Part shown: positions 1-9,550 of the stretch, in pieces
How positions within the stretch are numbered: the stretch's first letter is position 1
How the letters are laid out: each line of letters opens with the position of its first letter
DNA from: an uncultured Chlorobiaceae bacterium
GTDB taxonomy: Bacteria > Bacteroidota > Chlorobiia > Chlorobiales > Chlorobiaceae
Length of the DNA stretch: 64,000 bases
Reading direction: 5' to 3'
Assembly (NCBI GenBank): GCA_903836465.1
Contig: CAILRB010000044.1
Location: forward strand, 3,816 to 67,815
Notes under the pieces: generated by a model
The model's input: the letters and a program-made list of their open reading frames with translations, nothing else
What the model was told of the DNA's origin: nothing
Databases searched by the model: none
Made by a program: the position numbers and the translations under genes

Positions 1-584
1 AATATTCCTCCATCAAGGGTTTCCGTTTCGGGTGCCTGCAGAAACAGCGAGGTCAGTTCGCTTGCCCCCTGGCCGGTAATTCCGTTGACGTGCATGATTT
101 TGGCTTTGGCGTTTGCACGTCGAACCTGAAAAGCAAACACTTCACGCTCCGCCTGCGACACAATATCGCCCTTGGTGATGACGACGATATCGGCAAACTT
201 GAGCATCGGCCCAATCTTTTTTGGGGTGGTAACGCCCATCAGGTTGTCGATAACGCAGACCGCAAGAACGCCTTTAATATGAGGCGAACAGCGGTTACAC
301 AATCCGGCGCTTTCCGAGACCAGCAGATCGAGATTGAGGGAGATGCCCCACTTCAGGCACTCCTCAATATTGCTGACAAAATAGTGGTCGGGACAGAGAT
401 TGCCGGAGAGACCGGTCTGCACGGGAATACCAAGTGAGCGAAACAGCGCGTCGTCATCCGTCGCAAGACAGTCATATTTCACCGCTCCCGCATGTAACCC
501 GGAGTTCTTGATCGACTTAATGACATTGACAAGCACGGCAGTTTTTCCAGAGGACGGAGGGCCGGATATGGTGACAAGTTTCAT
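1..584 (-). CDS. HypB/UreG-like (G3E/P47K) GTP-binding protein, runs off the window start
   Basis: Absent from the ORF track because there is no stop in the window. Hand translation from ATG at 584: MKLVTISGPPSSGKTAVL (P-loop), GNLCPDH, ESAGLCNRC, VITKGD (G4 motif). Confidence 0.85.
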   Translation of the reverse strand, partial: MKLVTISGPPSSGKTAVLVNVIKSIKNSGLHAGAVKYDCLATDDDALFRSLGIPVQTGLSGNLCPDHYFVSNIEECLKWGISLNLDLLVSESAGLCNRCSPHIKGVLAVCVIDNLMGVTTPKKIGPMLKFADIVVITKGDIVSQAEREVFAFQVRRANAKAKIMHVNGITGQGASELTSLFLQAPETETLDGGI

Positions 585-596
585 TTTTTATACACA

Positions 597-1670
597 TCAG
601 ATTTGAAAAGCATCGGGGCGAAGTCCTTGTTTCAATTCACTATCGAGCATGGCGGTCAACTCCTCATAGTCGTTGTTCAGCAGATAATCCCATGAAGGAA
701 AACTGAACGGCGCTTGCCAGTTGACATCTTCAGCAAAAGAGAAGTCACCTCGTTTCAACGCCTGCCGAATAATGTCGCTGTAGAAAAAATTGACAATCGG
801 CTGACACTCCTCCATGCGTGATGTTTTGACAAACATCAGCATCGGCGCCAGAACAGGCCCATCTTCAAACTCAAGAATTGCCCCGCGCTTGCGAGAGGGC
901 ATCTGTACTGTCGCGGCATTAGGCAGAAGATTGAAGGACGTTCGACGTGGTTCGGAGGAGTCAAGACGCTTGAGAATTTCTGCAAAATGCCAGACATTGC
1001 GGATATTGCGCGCAAAATCTGTTGCAGCGCCACTGCCAAGCTGCTCTTTGAGAATCATCAGAAGAGTGGCAATACTCGCCTTGCCATTATAGCCATGCAC
1101 CGTGATGAGATCCCTGAATCGTGGATCAACCAGATCGCGCCACCGGTGAGGATACGACTCGACCGGATTGAGCGATAAATCAAGCACAATGCTCCAGTAA
1201 CCGATCCCGAAAATCCCGATATTGTGTTCCGTGGCAAGCTTCCGAAAACTCTCCGGCATCACCTTCATTGCTGCCGAACTGGTTATACCGGTATAAATGC
1301 CGGTATCGATAAAGCTCTTTTTGAACCGTTTGGAGAGCACCGTATGCAACCCTGAAGCAACCAGCACTTCAGGAAGATCATCCTCTGTCTGCGCAGCTTT
1401 CAGCTCGCCCTCAATGCCTTTTGAATTACCATCATGCAGCATTGGCGAATAGAGCTGAACAGCGTGCGACGCATTATACAGTTCGGCAAATTCACCAATT
1501 GCCATTTTTGCAACCACCTTGAGCGGACAAGGCATGTTGATATAGAGATTGATTGCCCCCTTCTGAAGCAGAGGCACACCATTTTCAGTTGTTTTTGTAT
1601 GGAGTGGCGGCGCGCCACACACCGCAAGTACGCCACCGTTGTTCTCCATCATCGGTAATGGTTTCAGCAT
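597..1670 (-). CDS. ABC-type substrate-binding-fold protein (AfuA/PotD-like), no obvious signal peptide
   Basis: WSIVLDLS...PHRWRDLVDPRFRDLIT resembles the 'P.SW.DL.DP.YKG.I' segment of SBP_bac_6 proteins; MPCPLK motif near the N-terminus. Confidence 0.7.
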   Translation of the reverse strand: MLKPLPMMENNGGVLAVCGAPPLHTKTTENGVPLLQKGAINLYINMPCPLKVVAKMAIGEFAELYNASHAVQLYSPMLHDGNSKGIEGELKAAQTEDDLPEVLVASGLHTVLSKRFKKSFIDTGIYTGITSSAAMKVMPESFRKLATEHNIGIFGIGYWSIVLDLSLNPVESYPHRWRDLVDPRFRDLITVHGYNGKASIATLLMILKEQLGSGAATDFARNIRNVWHFAEILKRLDSSEPRRTSFNLLPNAATVQMPSRKRGAILEFEDGPVLAPMLMFVKTSRMEECQPIVNFFYSDIIRQALKRGDFSFAEDVNWQAPFSFPSWDYLLNNDYEELTAMLDSELKQGLRPDAFQI

Positions 1671-1682
1671 AATGATCTGGAT

Positions 1683-2783
1683 TTAGTGATTTTTTGACGA
1701 TGAATTTTTCAGCAGTTGAGGGTTGGGATGAAGTACTTCGGCAAGCTCGGCATCAGTGAGTTGGTGGTGATAGAAAATGTCAAAATACTCACGGGTAATC
1801 TTGTTCAGGTCGTAGTGATAGAGGTCGGGATAGAGCAGCTCCGCGACCCACAGGGCGCCCAGGATCCGGTTGGTCGCTGGCGGACGGTCGAACCATCCAA
1901 AAGGCTGAAACGGTATCTGATACAGCTTCTTGTTCTTGACCGCCCGCGTTTGAGCCCAGAGGTTATCGCTCCGGATAGCCTGCATTGTGGTCATTGAGGA
2001 GCCCATTCCTGTCCAGACCAGCACGACATCGGGATTCCACAGCAAAAGCTGCTCCATGGAGACAGCGCTCATACCCTGACCGGCAGACACGGCCACCTGC
2101 GCGACGTTGATGGCGCCGACAACATCGAGAATCTGGCTATGGAAAGAGCCCGAAGGATCCGTATTGAGACCGCGCTCCCCTTCTGCATAATAGACCCGAA
2201 CCCGCTGCTTTTCAGGGATCTGTTTCGCCTTGATGGCAATCATGTCAAAATAGGTATGGAGAAAACCTCTCATCCGGTTTGTCTGTTCCTGACGTCCAAG
2301 AAGCTCACCAAGCACCTTGAAGGTCTGGTCATAGTTACCCATATCCAGAGGAACCATAAAGACCGGAATGCCGGTTTTCTTGCTGAGTCTCTGCGCTTCA
2401 TCCTTTGTTTTTGGATTGATAGTGAAACTGGAGATGATGATATCGGGCTTGAGTCTGATGATCTCCTCTACGGAACCATCAACGTAGGGCAATTGCAGAT
2501 AAGAGCTTTTGAGGTAATGCGTGGTGTTATCCGTCATCCACAACGAGCGGCTCACCAGCATATCGGGAGCGACGGCATACATCAGCACCGTGCCGGGCTT
2601 GTTCACATAAATGTGCCCGATAACAGAAGGCACAACCATTTTCCGTCCGGCCATATCGGTCACTTCTCGAGTGGGGTATGGCCGCTTCCTCTGAGTCGCG
2701 CTATACGCTGAAAGGAGTGCCACAAAAAGCGCCAGCACAACCAGAATGCTTGACCGCATCAGCCTCGTCCTGTACCTGTTCAT
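1683..2783 (-). CDS. Fe-siderophore/cobalamin-type ABC periplasmic binding protein
   Basis: VTDMAGRKMVVP, EEIIRLKPDIII, SMEQLLLWNPDVV, PFGWFDRPP. Start placed at ATG 2783, which forms an ATGA overlap with the upstream stop. Confidence 0.9.
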   Translation of the reverse strand: MNRYRTRLMRSSILVVLALFVALLSAYSATQRKRPYPTREVTDMAGRKMVVPSVIGHIYVNKPGTVLMYAVAPDMLVSRSLWMTDNTTHYLKSSYLQLPYVDGSVEEIIRLKPDIIISSFTINPKTKDEAQRLSKKTGIPVFMVPLDMGNYDQTFKVLGELLGRQEQTNRMRGFLHTYFDMIAIKAKQIPEKQRVRVYYAEGERGLNTDPSGSFHSQILDVVGAINVAQVAVSAGQGMSAVSMEQLLLWNPDVVLVWTGMGSSMTTMQAIRSDNLWAQTRAVKNKKLYQIPFQPFGWFDRPPATNRILGALWVAELLYPDLYHYDLNKITREYFDIFYHHQLTDAELAEVLHPNPQLLKNSSSKNH

Positions 2784-3427
2784 CGCAGTATTGTTGATTT
2801 TTTGAATATGATCCACATACCGGCTTCTCCTCGCTCCACAATTCCCTCAATACCAAGCTTCAGCAGCATGGCTTCAAAGTGGCCTGGTGGATTTTTCGCC
2901 AGTCGTTCTTTGCGCTCTTTATCCCATCTCAGATCGTTCGCTTTTTCTGCCAGGATCTCCTGCAGCAGTTCGGCTGTTCCAAAACCACCGCCGATAGAGG
3001 CCCAGCCGCCAGGCCGAAGCACCCGGTACACTTCCGACAGCCCTTGCTGCTGATCCTCCCAGAAGAAGATTGAGCCCCGGCTGACCACAAGGTCTATGGA
3101 GTTATCGTCAAACGGCAGTTTTTCAGCCGCTCCCTGCACAGCCGATACTCGTCCATCAACTCCATGCTCCCGGCTATTTTCTTTCGCCAGAGCAACACAC
3201 TCAAGCGTAAGATCACACACCGTTACATCGAGAGCGCTTGCTTTTGCAAGTTCAACGGCTAACATGCCAGGCCCTCCACCAAGGTCGATGCAACGACCCG
3301 AGGTAATGCCGGTACGCTCCAGAATCTGTCGGGCAATAACCGGGTAGATTTTTTTAAACTGGCCTTTCATCACCTTTTCATTGAACTCAGCCGCATTAAA
3401 GGTGTATTTTTCTTTTTCCTGTTTCAT
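2780..3427 (-). CDS. Class I SAM-dependent methyltransferase
   Basis: Motif I IDLGGGPG, GAAEKLPFDDNSIDLVVS, EVYRVLRPGG. Confidence 0.9.
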   Translation of the reverse strand: MKQEKEKYTFNAAEFNEKVMKGQFKKIYPVIARQILERTGITSGRCIDLGGGPGMLAVELAKASALDVTVCDLTLECVALAKENSREHGVDGRVSAVQGAAEKLPFDDNSIDLVVSRGSIFFWEDQQQGLSEVYRVLRPGGWASIGGGFGTAELLQEILAEKANDLRWDKERKERLAKNPPGHFEAMLLKLGIEGIVERGEAGMWIIFKKSTILR

Positions 3428-3458
3428 TGATGTAACGTTGAGAAGTCGTTATAGGCAC

Positions 3459-3502
3459 GTCATGCAACTCTTCATGGACCGCTTCCACGAGAGTTGCACG
3501 AC
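3459..3502. other. Intergenic stem-loop between the TBDR and methyltransferase genes
   Basis: GTCATGCAACTCT (3459-3471) / AGAGTTGCACGAC (3490-3502), 12 of 13 bp complementary; no clear U-tract. Confidence 0.5.
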
Positions 3503-3522
3503 CTCTTCTGTACATGTTTTTT

Positions 3523-5586
3523 CTAAAATGCCATACTCAATTCCAGGCCAAGCGTGCGTCCTCTATCGGGATAATAGCCAGTGACATAACGGGTTGCGTA
3601 ATGGACATCACCGAGATTACGCCCATAGAGTGTGGCCGTCAGCCTGTAACCTGAAAAGGGAAATGTCCGCATGATATTCGCGTCGACCGTGGTATACCCT
3701 CCAAGATCGGCATTCTGGATCCCGACCGGACTTGCCGACGTCAGCCAGGAACTGACCTGTTTGACCGAGATATTTGCACGATACTTCTCCCATGCGTGGC
3801 CGAGCAGTGCGGTAAAGAAATCCTTCGGGGTCGAGACTCCGACTCCATCAGTGGTTACACCGTTTGTTGTTGAGCTGCTTGTGGTTAAGTGCGTCCAGGA
3901 AAAGCCGTATGACGTGCTTTGCAGTACATCACCCTTAACGGCAAGCTCAATACCCCGGCGCAACACATTAGCTTCGGTGTACCAATAGTAGGTTTCGCCA
4001 TTGACTGTATAGAATTGCAAGGCGTTATTTGCACCAAGAAGTACAGATTTTTGATTGTCAATTGTGTAATCAAACCACGTCAGCGTTGGCTTGAAATAGC
4101 TTGCCGGAGCAGCTTCAAGTGCAAGTTCAACACGTTCTTGCTTTTCAGCATGAAGCGGCGCACCTGTTTTTGTTTTCATCGTGAAATCACTTGGTGTACC
4201 TTCATCACCATGAAAATAGCGGGCATTCAAGGCCAACATTTCATGAATCTTCCAGCGAGCACCAAGTGCAAAAACTTGTGCCGGTGCCAGAGCAACATCA
4301 TGGTTGGCAAGTGGTTGAGCTGCCACCGTACTCGATACATCACTATGGGTAAGGTCACGACGATAACCACCATCAAGCGTTAACGCTCCATCAAACAGTT
4401 TTTGCTCAACACTACCCGACCACCCATGAACCGTGGTATCAAAATTGTTATAGGGATTGCTCAGGTTTGGCCCAAAACCATTACTGTTGTTGATTTGACC
4501 GCCAAGCTGCACAAACGTATTGCCAAATTGTGCATTATGGCGAAGACTATAGCCACTGGACTCTTCGATATAGTGGCGAAGTGACACAGTAGCGTTGGCA
4601 AAACTTTCATTATGCTCATCCTGTTCATACCGCGTTTTAAAGAGCGACAATATCGTCACCTGATTGTGACTCCAGGCCATGGTCGCCGTGGATGAAAGCA
4701 CTGAAGTGGTAAGCGGGTCATAGTACCATTTATCTGGAGCCAATGCGCCTGTGTAGGTGACACCACGCTGCATTTCCAGCCTGCCGGTATCGGCATAACC
4801 GGTAACAGCAACGCTTAATTTGCCGACTGTTGCGCCAGCATTGATCATACCTGATTGCCCATTCTGTCCATCAAACCAGGTGTCGTTACTGGAACGATCG
4901 TAAGCAGCGACACCACCAGCCAGGTAACCACTCATCGACGAGGCCGCACTGCCAAAACGGCTGCCCACATAGAGATTTTCGCCCGTTGCAAATGGCAGTG
5001 ATCCTGATTTTTCGGTATAGGCAGAGACCACACCTTCCGTTTTTTGCGGATGTTTGGTGCGAATCACCACAAATCCGGTATTAACGCCCGAGGTCGTGCC
5101 CCACTGACCGGGTGTCCGTGTTGGGCCAAGAGCAAGAGAGGTCGCTCCGCGAACAATCTGAATCTCCTCAATATCCGAGAGAGGAATTTTCTGTAAAATG
5201 CGACCGAACGACGACGGAAGAATTGCACCGTCGAGGATGTAGGTCATTTGCCCGCCACCGCGCTGGTCAAGAGAAAAGGGGCTTCGTCTGCCCTGATAGG
5301 TCAGGTTCATACCGGCGGCTTTATTCAACAGGTCAAAGAGATCTTTGGGCGCGTATGCTTCGATCTCTTTTTGGGTGAAGACCTCTGTGCCAAAACCGGC
5401 GCTCGACTCAACGCGAAAGGGGTTGGTGATGCTTTTTGGGTCAAGATCATCACGCTTCGATACCGATGGGGCGGTGACGTTGATGCCGTCAAGCACCACA
5501 GGTTCAGCGCTGGCGATGTTGGCACTCTGGATCACCAGAAGCGTCATGATAAACGACAGGGAACGTTTCATTATTGACGGTGACAT
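3523..5586 (-). CDS. TonB-dependent outer-membrane receptor
   Basis: Signal peptide (probable start 5571, MKRSLSF), TonB-box-like LDGINVTA, plug motif IEEIQIVRGATSLALG, C-terminal NLGD...GRTLGLELSMAF. Confidence 0.95.
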   Translation of the reverse strand: MSPSIMKRSLSFIMTLLVIQSANIASAEPVVLDGINVTAPSVSKRDDLDPKSITNPFRVESSAGFGTEVFTQKEIEAYAPKDLFDLLNKAAGMNLTYQGRRSPFSLDQRGGGQMTYILDGAILPSSFGRILQKIPLSDIEEIQIVRGATSLALGPTRTPGQWGTTSGVNTGFVVIRTKHPQKTEGVVSAYTEKSGSLPFATGENLYVGSRFGSAASSMSGYLAGGVAAYDRSSNDTWFDGQNGQSGMINAGATVGKLSVAVTGYADTGRLEMQRGVTYTGALAPDKWYYDPLTTSVLSSTATMAWSHNQVTILSLFKTRYEQDEHNESFANATVSLRHYIEESSGYSLRHNAQFGNTFVQLGGQINNSNGFGPNLSNPYNNFDTTVHGWSGSVEQKLFDGALTLDGGYRRDLTHSDVSSTVAAQPLANHDVALAPAQVFALGARWKIHEMLALNARYFHGDEGTPSDFTMKTKTGAPLHAEKQERVELALEAAPASYFKPTLTWFDYTIDNQKSVLLGANNALQFYTVNGETYYWYTEANVLRRGIELAVKGDVLQSTSYGFSWTHLTTSSSTTNGVTTDGVGVSTPKDFFTALLGHAWEKYRANISVKQVSSWLTSASPVGIQNADLGGYTTVDANIMRTFPFSGYRLTATLYGRNLGDVHYATRYVTGYYPDRGRTLGLELSMAF

Positions 5587-5587
5587 A

Positions 5588-6427
5588 TCATCTTATTGTT
5601 TTGTGTTGAAAAAAATTATCAGAATCAGACTCCATGACCGGTGCGCATACTTTTCGTGAACAGATACCGTTGTGCGGCGTGTCAAACACCTGCACCTCAA
5701 CGCCGTATATTTGCCTGAGCGTGTCAGGAGTAAGCGTTGTGTCAGGCTTGCCGCAGCAGAACAACGAGCCTTGATCAATCACAACGACTTTTGAACCAAT
5801 CATGAAGGCGTGGTCGGGGGTATGAGTTGCCATGAGAATGCCCACTGACTGTTTGCGAAGCTCCCCGATTTTGCGGATAATCCGAACCTGATTGCCGTAA
5901 TCGAGGTTTGAGGTCGGCTCGTCAAGAATGATGAATCGCGCCTCTTGCGTCAGGGCACGGGCAATAATCACCATCTGCCGTTCCCCACCGCTCAGCTCAG
6001 AAAATGCTCTCTCAGCGAGATGAGTAATCTTGAGCAGTTCAAGACAACTGTCGGCAATATCCCGATCTTTTTTGCCCGGAGAAGCAAAGAGATCGAGATG
6101 CACCGTTCGTCCGAAGAGCACAACATCGCGTACCGTGTAGGGAAATGGCGAGTGGTGAAGTTGTGGCACATAAGCCACAAGTCGCGCAAAATCTTTCGGT
6201 GAAAAGCGTGAAATATCGGTTCCGCCAATGGTAATCATTCCAGCAAGAGGCTTTATAAAACCAAGAATGGTTTTGAACAGCGTCGTCTTCCCCACGCCAT
6301 TCGGCCCAAGCAGGCAGACAATCTCACCCGTCTGAATCGTCAGGCTGACATCGCGCAAAACCACCCGCCCACTGTAGCCCAAATCGGTATGGCTGAGATC
6401 CAGCGATATGTTGCTCTCCATTACCAT
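5588..6427 (-). CDS. FepC-type ABC transporter ATP-binding protein
   Basis: Walker A GPNGVGKT, signature LSGGERQ, Walker B ILDEPT. Confidence 0.95.
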   Translation of the reverse strand: MVMESNISLDLSHTDLGYSGRVVLRDVSLTIQTGEIVCLLGPNGVGKTTLFKTILGFIKPLAGMITIGGTDISRFSPKDFARLVAYVPQLHHSPFPYTVRDVVLFGRTVHLDLFASPGKKDRDIADSCLELLKITHLAERAFSELSGGERQMVIIARALTQEARFIILDEPTSNLDYGNQVRIIRKIGELRKQSVGILMATHTPDHAFMIGSKVVVIDQGSLFCCGKPDTTLTPDTLRQIYGVEVQVFDTPHNGICSRKVCAPVMESDSDNFFQHKTIR

Positions 6428-7416
6428 GACTTTTGGGATGATTTTTTCAGGAACCAGATAAAAAATGGTGCCCCGAGAATCGCCGTGATAATACCGATGG
6501 GAATTTCAACCGAGACCACTGAGCGGGCAAGAGTATCAACCAGCAACATGAAAATGGCACCAAAAAGGAATGAGGTCGGCAGCAACAGGCGGTGGTTAGG
6601 CCCGGCAGCAAAGCGTGCAAGATGCGGCACCATCAGACCAACCCACCCGATAATGCCGGTAATTGATATAATACTGGCAGACATGAGGGTTGCGCAGAGA
6701 ATCACCAGCGCTCGCATCCAGCCCGTATGGACACCAAGCGAGCGGGCTTCATCCTCGCCAAATGAAAGCACATTCAGCCGCCAGCTCACCAGCATCAGGG
6801 GAATACTCCCGACAAACAGCATCGGCAAAATCACCATGAGATCGCTCATCCGAATATTGGCAAGGCTGCCCATGAGCCAGTAGGTGATGGCGGGCAGCTT
6901 GTCATCAGGATCAGCGATATACTTAAGCATGGAGAGCAGTGCGCCGAAGAGGGAGGAGATAATGATCCCCGAAAGCACCAGCACCAGAACGGAATCGTGA
7001 TTGCGTCCAATTGTTTTGCTGATACTGACCGAAATGAGCACGGCGGTTATGCCACCGGCGAACGAGAACACCTGTATTCCGGCCACCGGCAAGGAGAGCA
7101 GAATGGCAAGCGCCGCGCCAAATCCAGCACCGGAGCTGACGCCAAGAATATCGGGACTCACCATCGGATTACGAAACATCCCCTGATACGCTGCGCCTGA
7201 CATGGCCAACGCCCCACCAGCGGCTATTGCGCCAACAAGACGGGGCAAGCGAATATTGACAAGAATAATGGGAAGATTCTCATCACGGCACTGACCAGTC
7301 GTGATCCACGTCAGGAGATCCGCGAACGACACGGGATACCTCCCCGTGCCCATCGAAAAGAGGGCGACCACTGCCAGAACGAGCAGGCAAACCACTATCA
7401 GAGAGAGACCTTTCAT
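6421..7416 (-). CDS. FecCD-family ABC permease
   Basis: IRLPRLVG, FRNPMVSPDILGVSSGA, EARSLGV, IGWVGLMVPH. Confidence 0.95.
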   Translation of the reverse strand: MKGLSLIVVCLLVLAVVALFSMGTGRYPVSFADLLTWITTGQCRDENLPIILVNIRLPRLVGAIAAGGALAMSGAAYQGMFRNPMVSPDILGVSSGAGFGAALAILLSLPVAGIQVFSFAGGITAVLISVSISKTIGRNHDSVLVLVLSGIIISSLFGALLSMLKYIADPDDKLPAITYWLMGSLANIRMSDLMVILPMLFVGSIPLMLVSWRLNVLSFGEDEARSLGVHTGWMRALVILCATLMSASIISITGIIGWVGLMVPHLARFAAGPNHRLLLPTSFLFGAIFMLLVDTLARSVVSVEIPIGIITAILGAPFFIWFLKKSSQKSW

Positions 7417-7485
7417 GGCGTGATCAGGAAAACAAAAAGTTGAACAATTTTGAGAATTCGAAACCCTCTTTGAAGTTAAAAGAAC

Positions 7486-7513
7486 AGCGCTATAACATTA
7501 CAGATATAACGAT
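7486..7513. promoter_or_regulatory. Candidate ModE-binding box 1
   Basis: AGCGCTATAAC-attaca-GATATAACGAT matches the ModE consensus ATCGNTATATA-N6-TATATANCGAT in 11-6-11 geometry. Confidence 0.7.
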
Positions 7514-7552
7514 GATCGAAAAACGAGCAACAGAATTTATGCAATCCAGAGA

Positions 7553-7580
7553 ATCGATATATACGCTTCGCTATAACGAA
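7553..7580. promoter_or_regulatory. Candidate ModE-binding box 2
   Basis: ATCGATATATA-cgcttc-GCTATAACGAA: left half is a perfect consensus match, with a 6-nt spacer. Confidence 0.75.
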
Positions 7581-7832
7581 AAACAAGCAAAATCGGAAGA
7601 TTACAGAGATATCATCTAACTTATTAATACAAGACACAGATTTGTCCATAAATAATTAGGCAATATTATTGCCGTTCCAAATTTTATCGTCAATTATGGA
7701 GATTTGTTATCAGCTAAATAACTTTAATAAGAGACTTTTGGCATAACATGCCCGATTTCGCGAAGATATGATAACGACGCAGAGCCAAACCGCGCAGCAT
7801 TATTATCTCATTCCGTGAGTGTATCGAAATCT

Positions 7833-7903
7833 TCCGGGAACGCCGCGCGACAGCCCGGTATTTTATAATCCCTTTTGCCGAGCTGGAGCTCGGCGTTCCC
7901 AGG
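7833..7903. repeat. Inverted doublet of REP-like palindromes (REPIN-like)
   Basis: 7877-7903 contains the palindrome GCCGAGC-TGGA-GCTCGGC followed by GTTCCCAGG. 7833-7859 is a degenerate inverted copy (20/27 identity by hand), with a 17-nt spacer. Confidence 0.55.
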
Positions 7904-8159
7904 GCGCTTTTGCCTGGAACGATGGTTAGCGCCTTTTTTTCCCCGGTCGTTAACAAATTTTATAAGCACTTTTCAGCTTACGCTATTTGATGGTTACCAT
8001 TTATTCGATTAAACTGGATGAGATATGAGCGGAGATGGTGTCGGTGGGGAAAAGCCTGTTAGCATGGAGCAGATCGCCACCCTCCTGTGCAGGGAAGAGG
8101 TTCTACGCAGATGATGATTTTCGATTTACAAAAAAGTCAGTCAACAGAAGCCAAGAGTT

Positions 8160-9518
8160 ATGATTTTTGCTGCCCAGGCATCAAACCAAATTCCACCACT
8201 GTGGCTTCTTGCTCCCTTTGCTGTCCTTTTGATCATGATCGCGACAGGCCCTCTTTTGTTCCATCGCTTTTGGGAGCGGCACTATCCGGTAATTTCGACA
8301 GGGCTTGGGGTTCTTGTGGCGGGTTACTATGGAGTCGCCATGGAAAACGGGCTGAATGTTTTGGGACATACTCTTGAAGAGTACCTCTCTTTTATTGCCC
8401 TGATCTCATCCCTGTTTATTGTATCCGGTGGAATATTGATCAGGATAGAACGGAGAGGAACTCCCCTGACTAATGCTTTACTGCTTTTTGTTGGAGCCCT
8501 GATTTCAAATCTGGTCGGAACAACCGGAGCATCCATGCTGCTCATACGTCCCTATATGCGCATCAATCAAGGGCGTCTCAAAGCATTTCATATTGTCTTT
8601 TTCATTTTTATTATCAGTAATATCGGCGGTACGCTTACTCCAATCGGTGATCCCCCCTTGTTTCTTGGCTTTTTAAAAGGGGTACCATTTTTCTGGGTAT
8701 TGCCAAAAGTATGGCTCCCTTGGATCATTACCGTGGGTGTCCTGCTTCTCATTTTCGTAATACTTGATGCAAGGGCGGGAAATGTTAAGCTCAAGGAAGC
8801 TACAGTAAACGGCAGAGTGAGGATTACAGGCAAAAGAAATTTCTTTTTTCTCGCAATGATCGTTACAGCAGTTTTTCTTGATCCAGCGGTGATTGAAGGG
8901 TTTCCAAGTCTTCAGAAGCTTTTTCATCTGCCATTCGGTATCCGGGAGCTGATTATGTCTTTCGTTGCCATTACTGCATATAAATTCTCAAATCGTGAGG
9001 CTTTTAAGGGCAATGAGTTCAACTTTGAGCCCATAAAGGAGGTTGCTTTTCTTTTTATTGGCATCTTTGCAACAATGATTCCGGCTCTTGAACTTATTGG
9101 AGACTACGCTTCAAAACATGCCGCCGAATTTTCTGTATCACGCTTTTACTGGATGACAGGGGCGCTTTCCGCGCTGCTTGATAACGCTCCGACTTACATG
9201 AATTTCTTGGCCGGTGCTTTGGGAAAGTTTGGGCTGGATATCGCCACTCCAAAAGAGATACACCTCTTTGCTGATGGCCTTGCCTCCCCGGTGCAGGGAG
9301 ATGTCACCTCAGACATTTATCTTGCGGCGATTTCGGTTGCGGCGGTCTTTTTTGGGGCAATAACCTATATCGGTAACGCCCCGAACTTTATGGTAAAAAA
9401 CATTGCTGCCCAAAGTGATGTGGAAGTGCCAAATTTTCTGGAGTACATTTTCAAATACTCGCTGCCGATACTGCTTCCCTTATTTGCTCTTTTATGGCTC
9501 CTGTTTTTTAACTTTTGA
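8160..9518 (+). CDS. IT-superfamily (NhaD/ArsB/CitMHS-like) putative Na+/H+ antiporter or anion transporter
   Basis: About 12 hydrophobic segments; SNLVGTTGASMLL, NIGGTLTPIGDPPL, LDNAPTY, TYIGNAPNFMVK. Confidence 0.8.
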   Translation: MIFAAQASNQIPPLWLLAPFAVLLIMIATGPLLFHRFWERHYPVISTGLGVLVAGYYGVAMENGLNVLGHTLEEYLSFIALISSLFIVSGGILIRIERRGTPLTNALLLFVGALISNLVGTTGASMLLIRPYMRINQGRLKAFHIVFFIFIISNIGGTLTPIGDPPLFLGFLKGVPFFWVLPKVWLPWIITVGVLLLIFVILDARAGNVKLKEATVNGRVRITGKRNFFFLAMIVTAVFLDPAVIEGFPSLQKLFHLPFGIRELIMSFVAITAYKFSNREAFKGNEFNFEPIKEVAFLFIGIFATMIPALELIGDYASKHAAEFSVSRFYWMTGALSALLDNAPTYMNFLAGALGKFGLDIATPKEIHLFADGLASPVQGDVTSDIYLAAISVAAVFFGAITYIGNAPNFMVKNIAAQSDVEVPNFLEYIFKYSLPILLPLFALLWLLFFNF

Positions 9519-9550
9519 TAGAGTACCATTCATCAACAACACAGAAAACC

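Noticed and set aside
7740-7831. GGCATAAC followed by a GATTTCG/CGAAATC inverted pair, reminiscent of an attC remnant
   Set aside because: No matching GTT core at a suitable distance; too degenerate to support.
7714-7956. 80-aa minus-strand ORF in the divergent intergenic region
   Set aside because: It runs through the REP-like doublet and has no recognisable motif or RBS.
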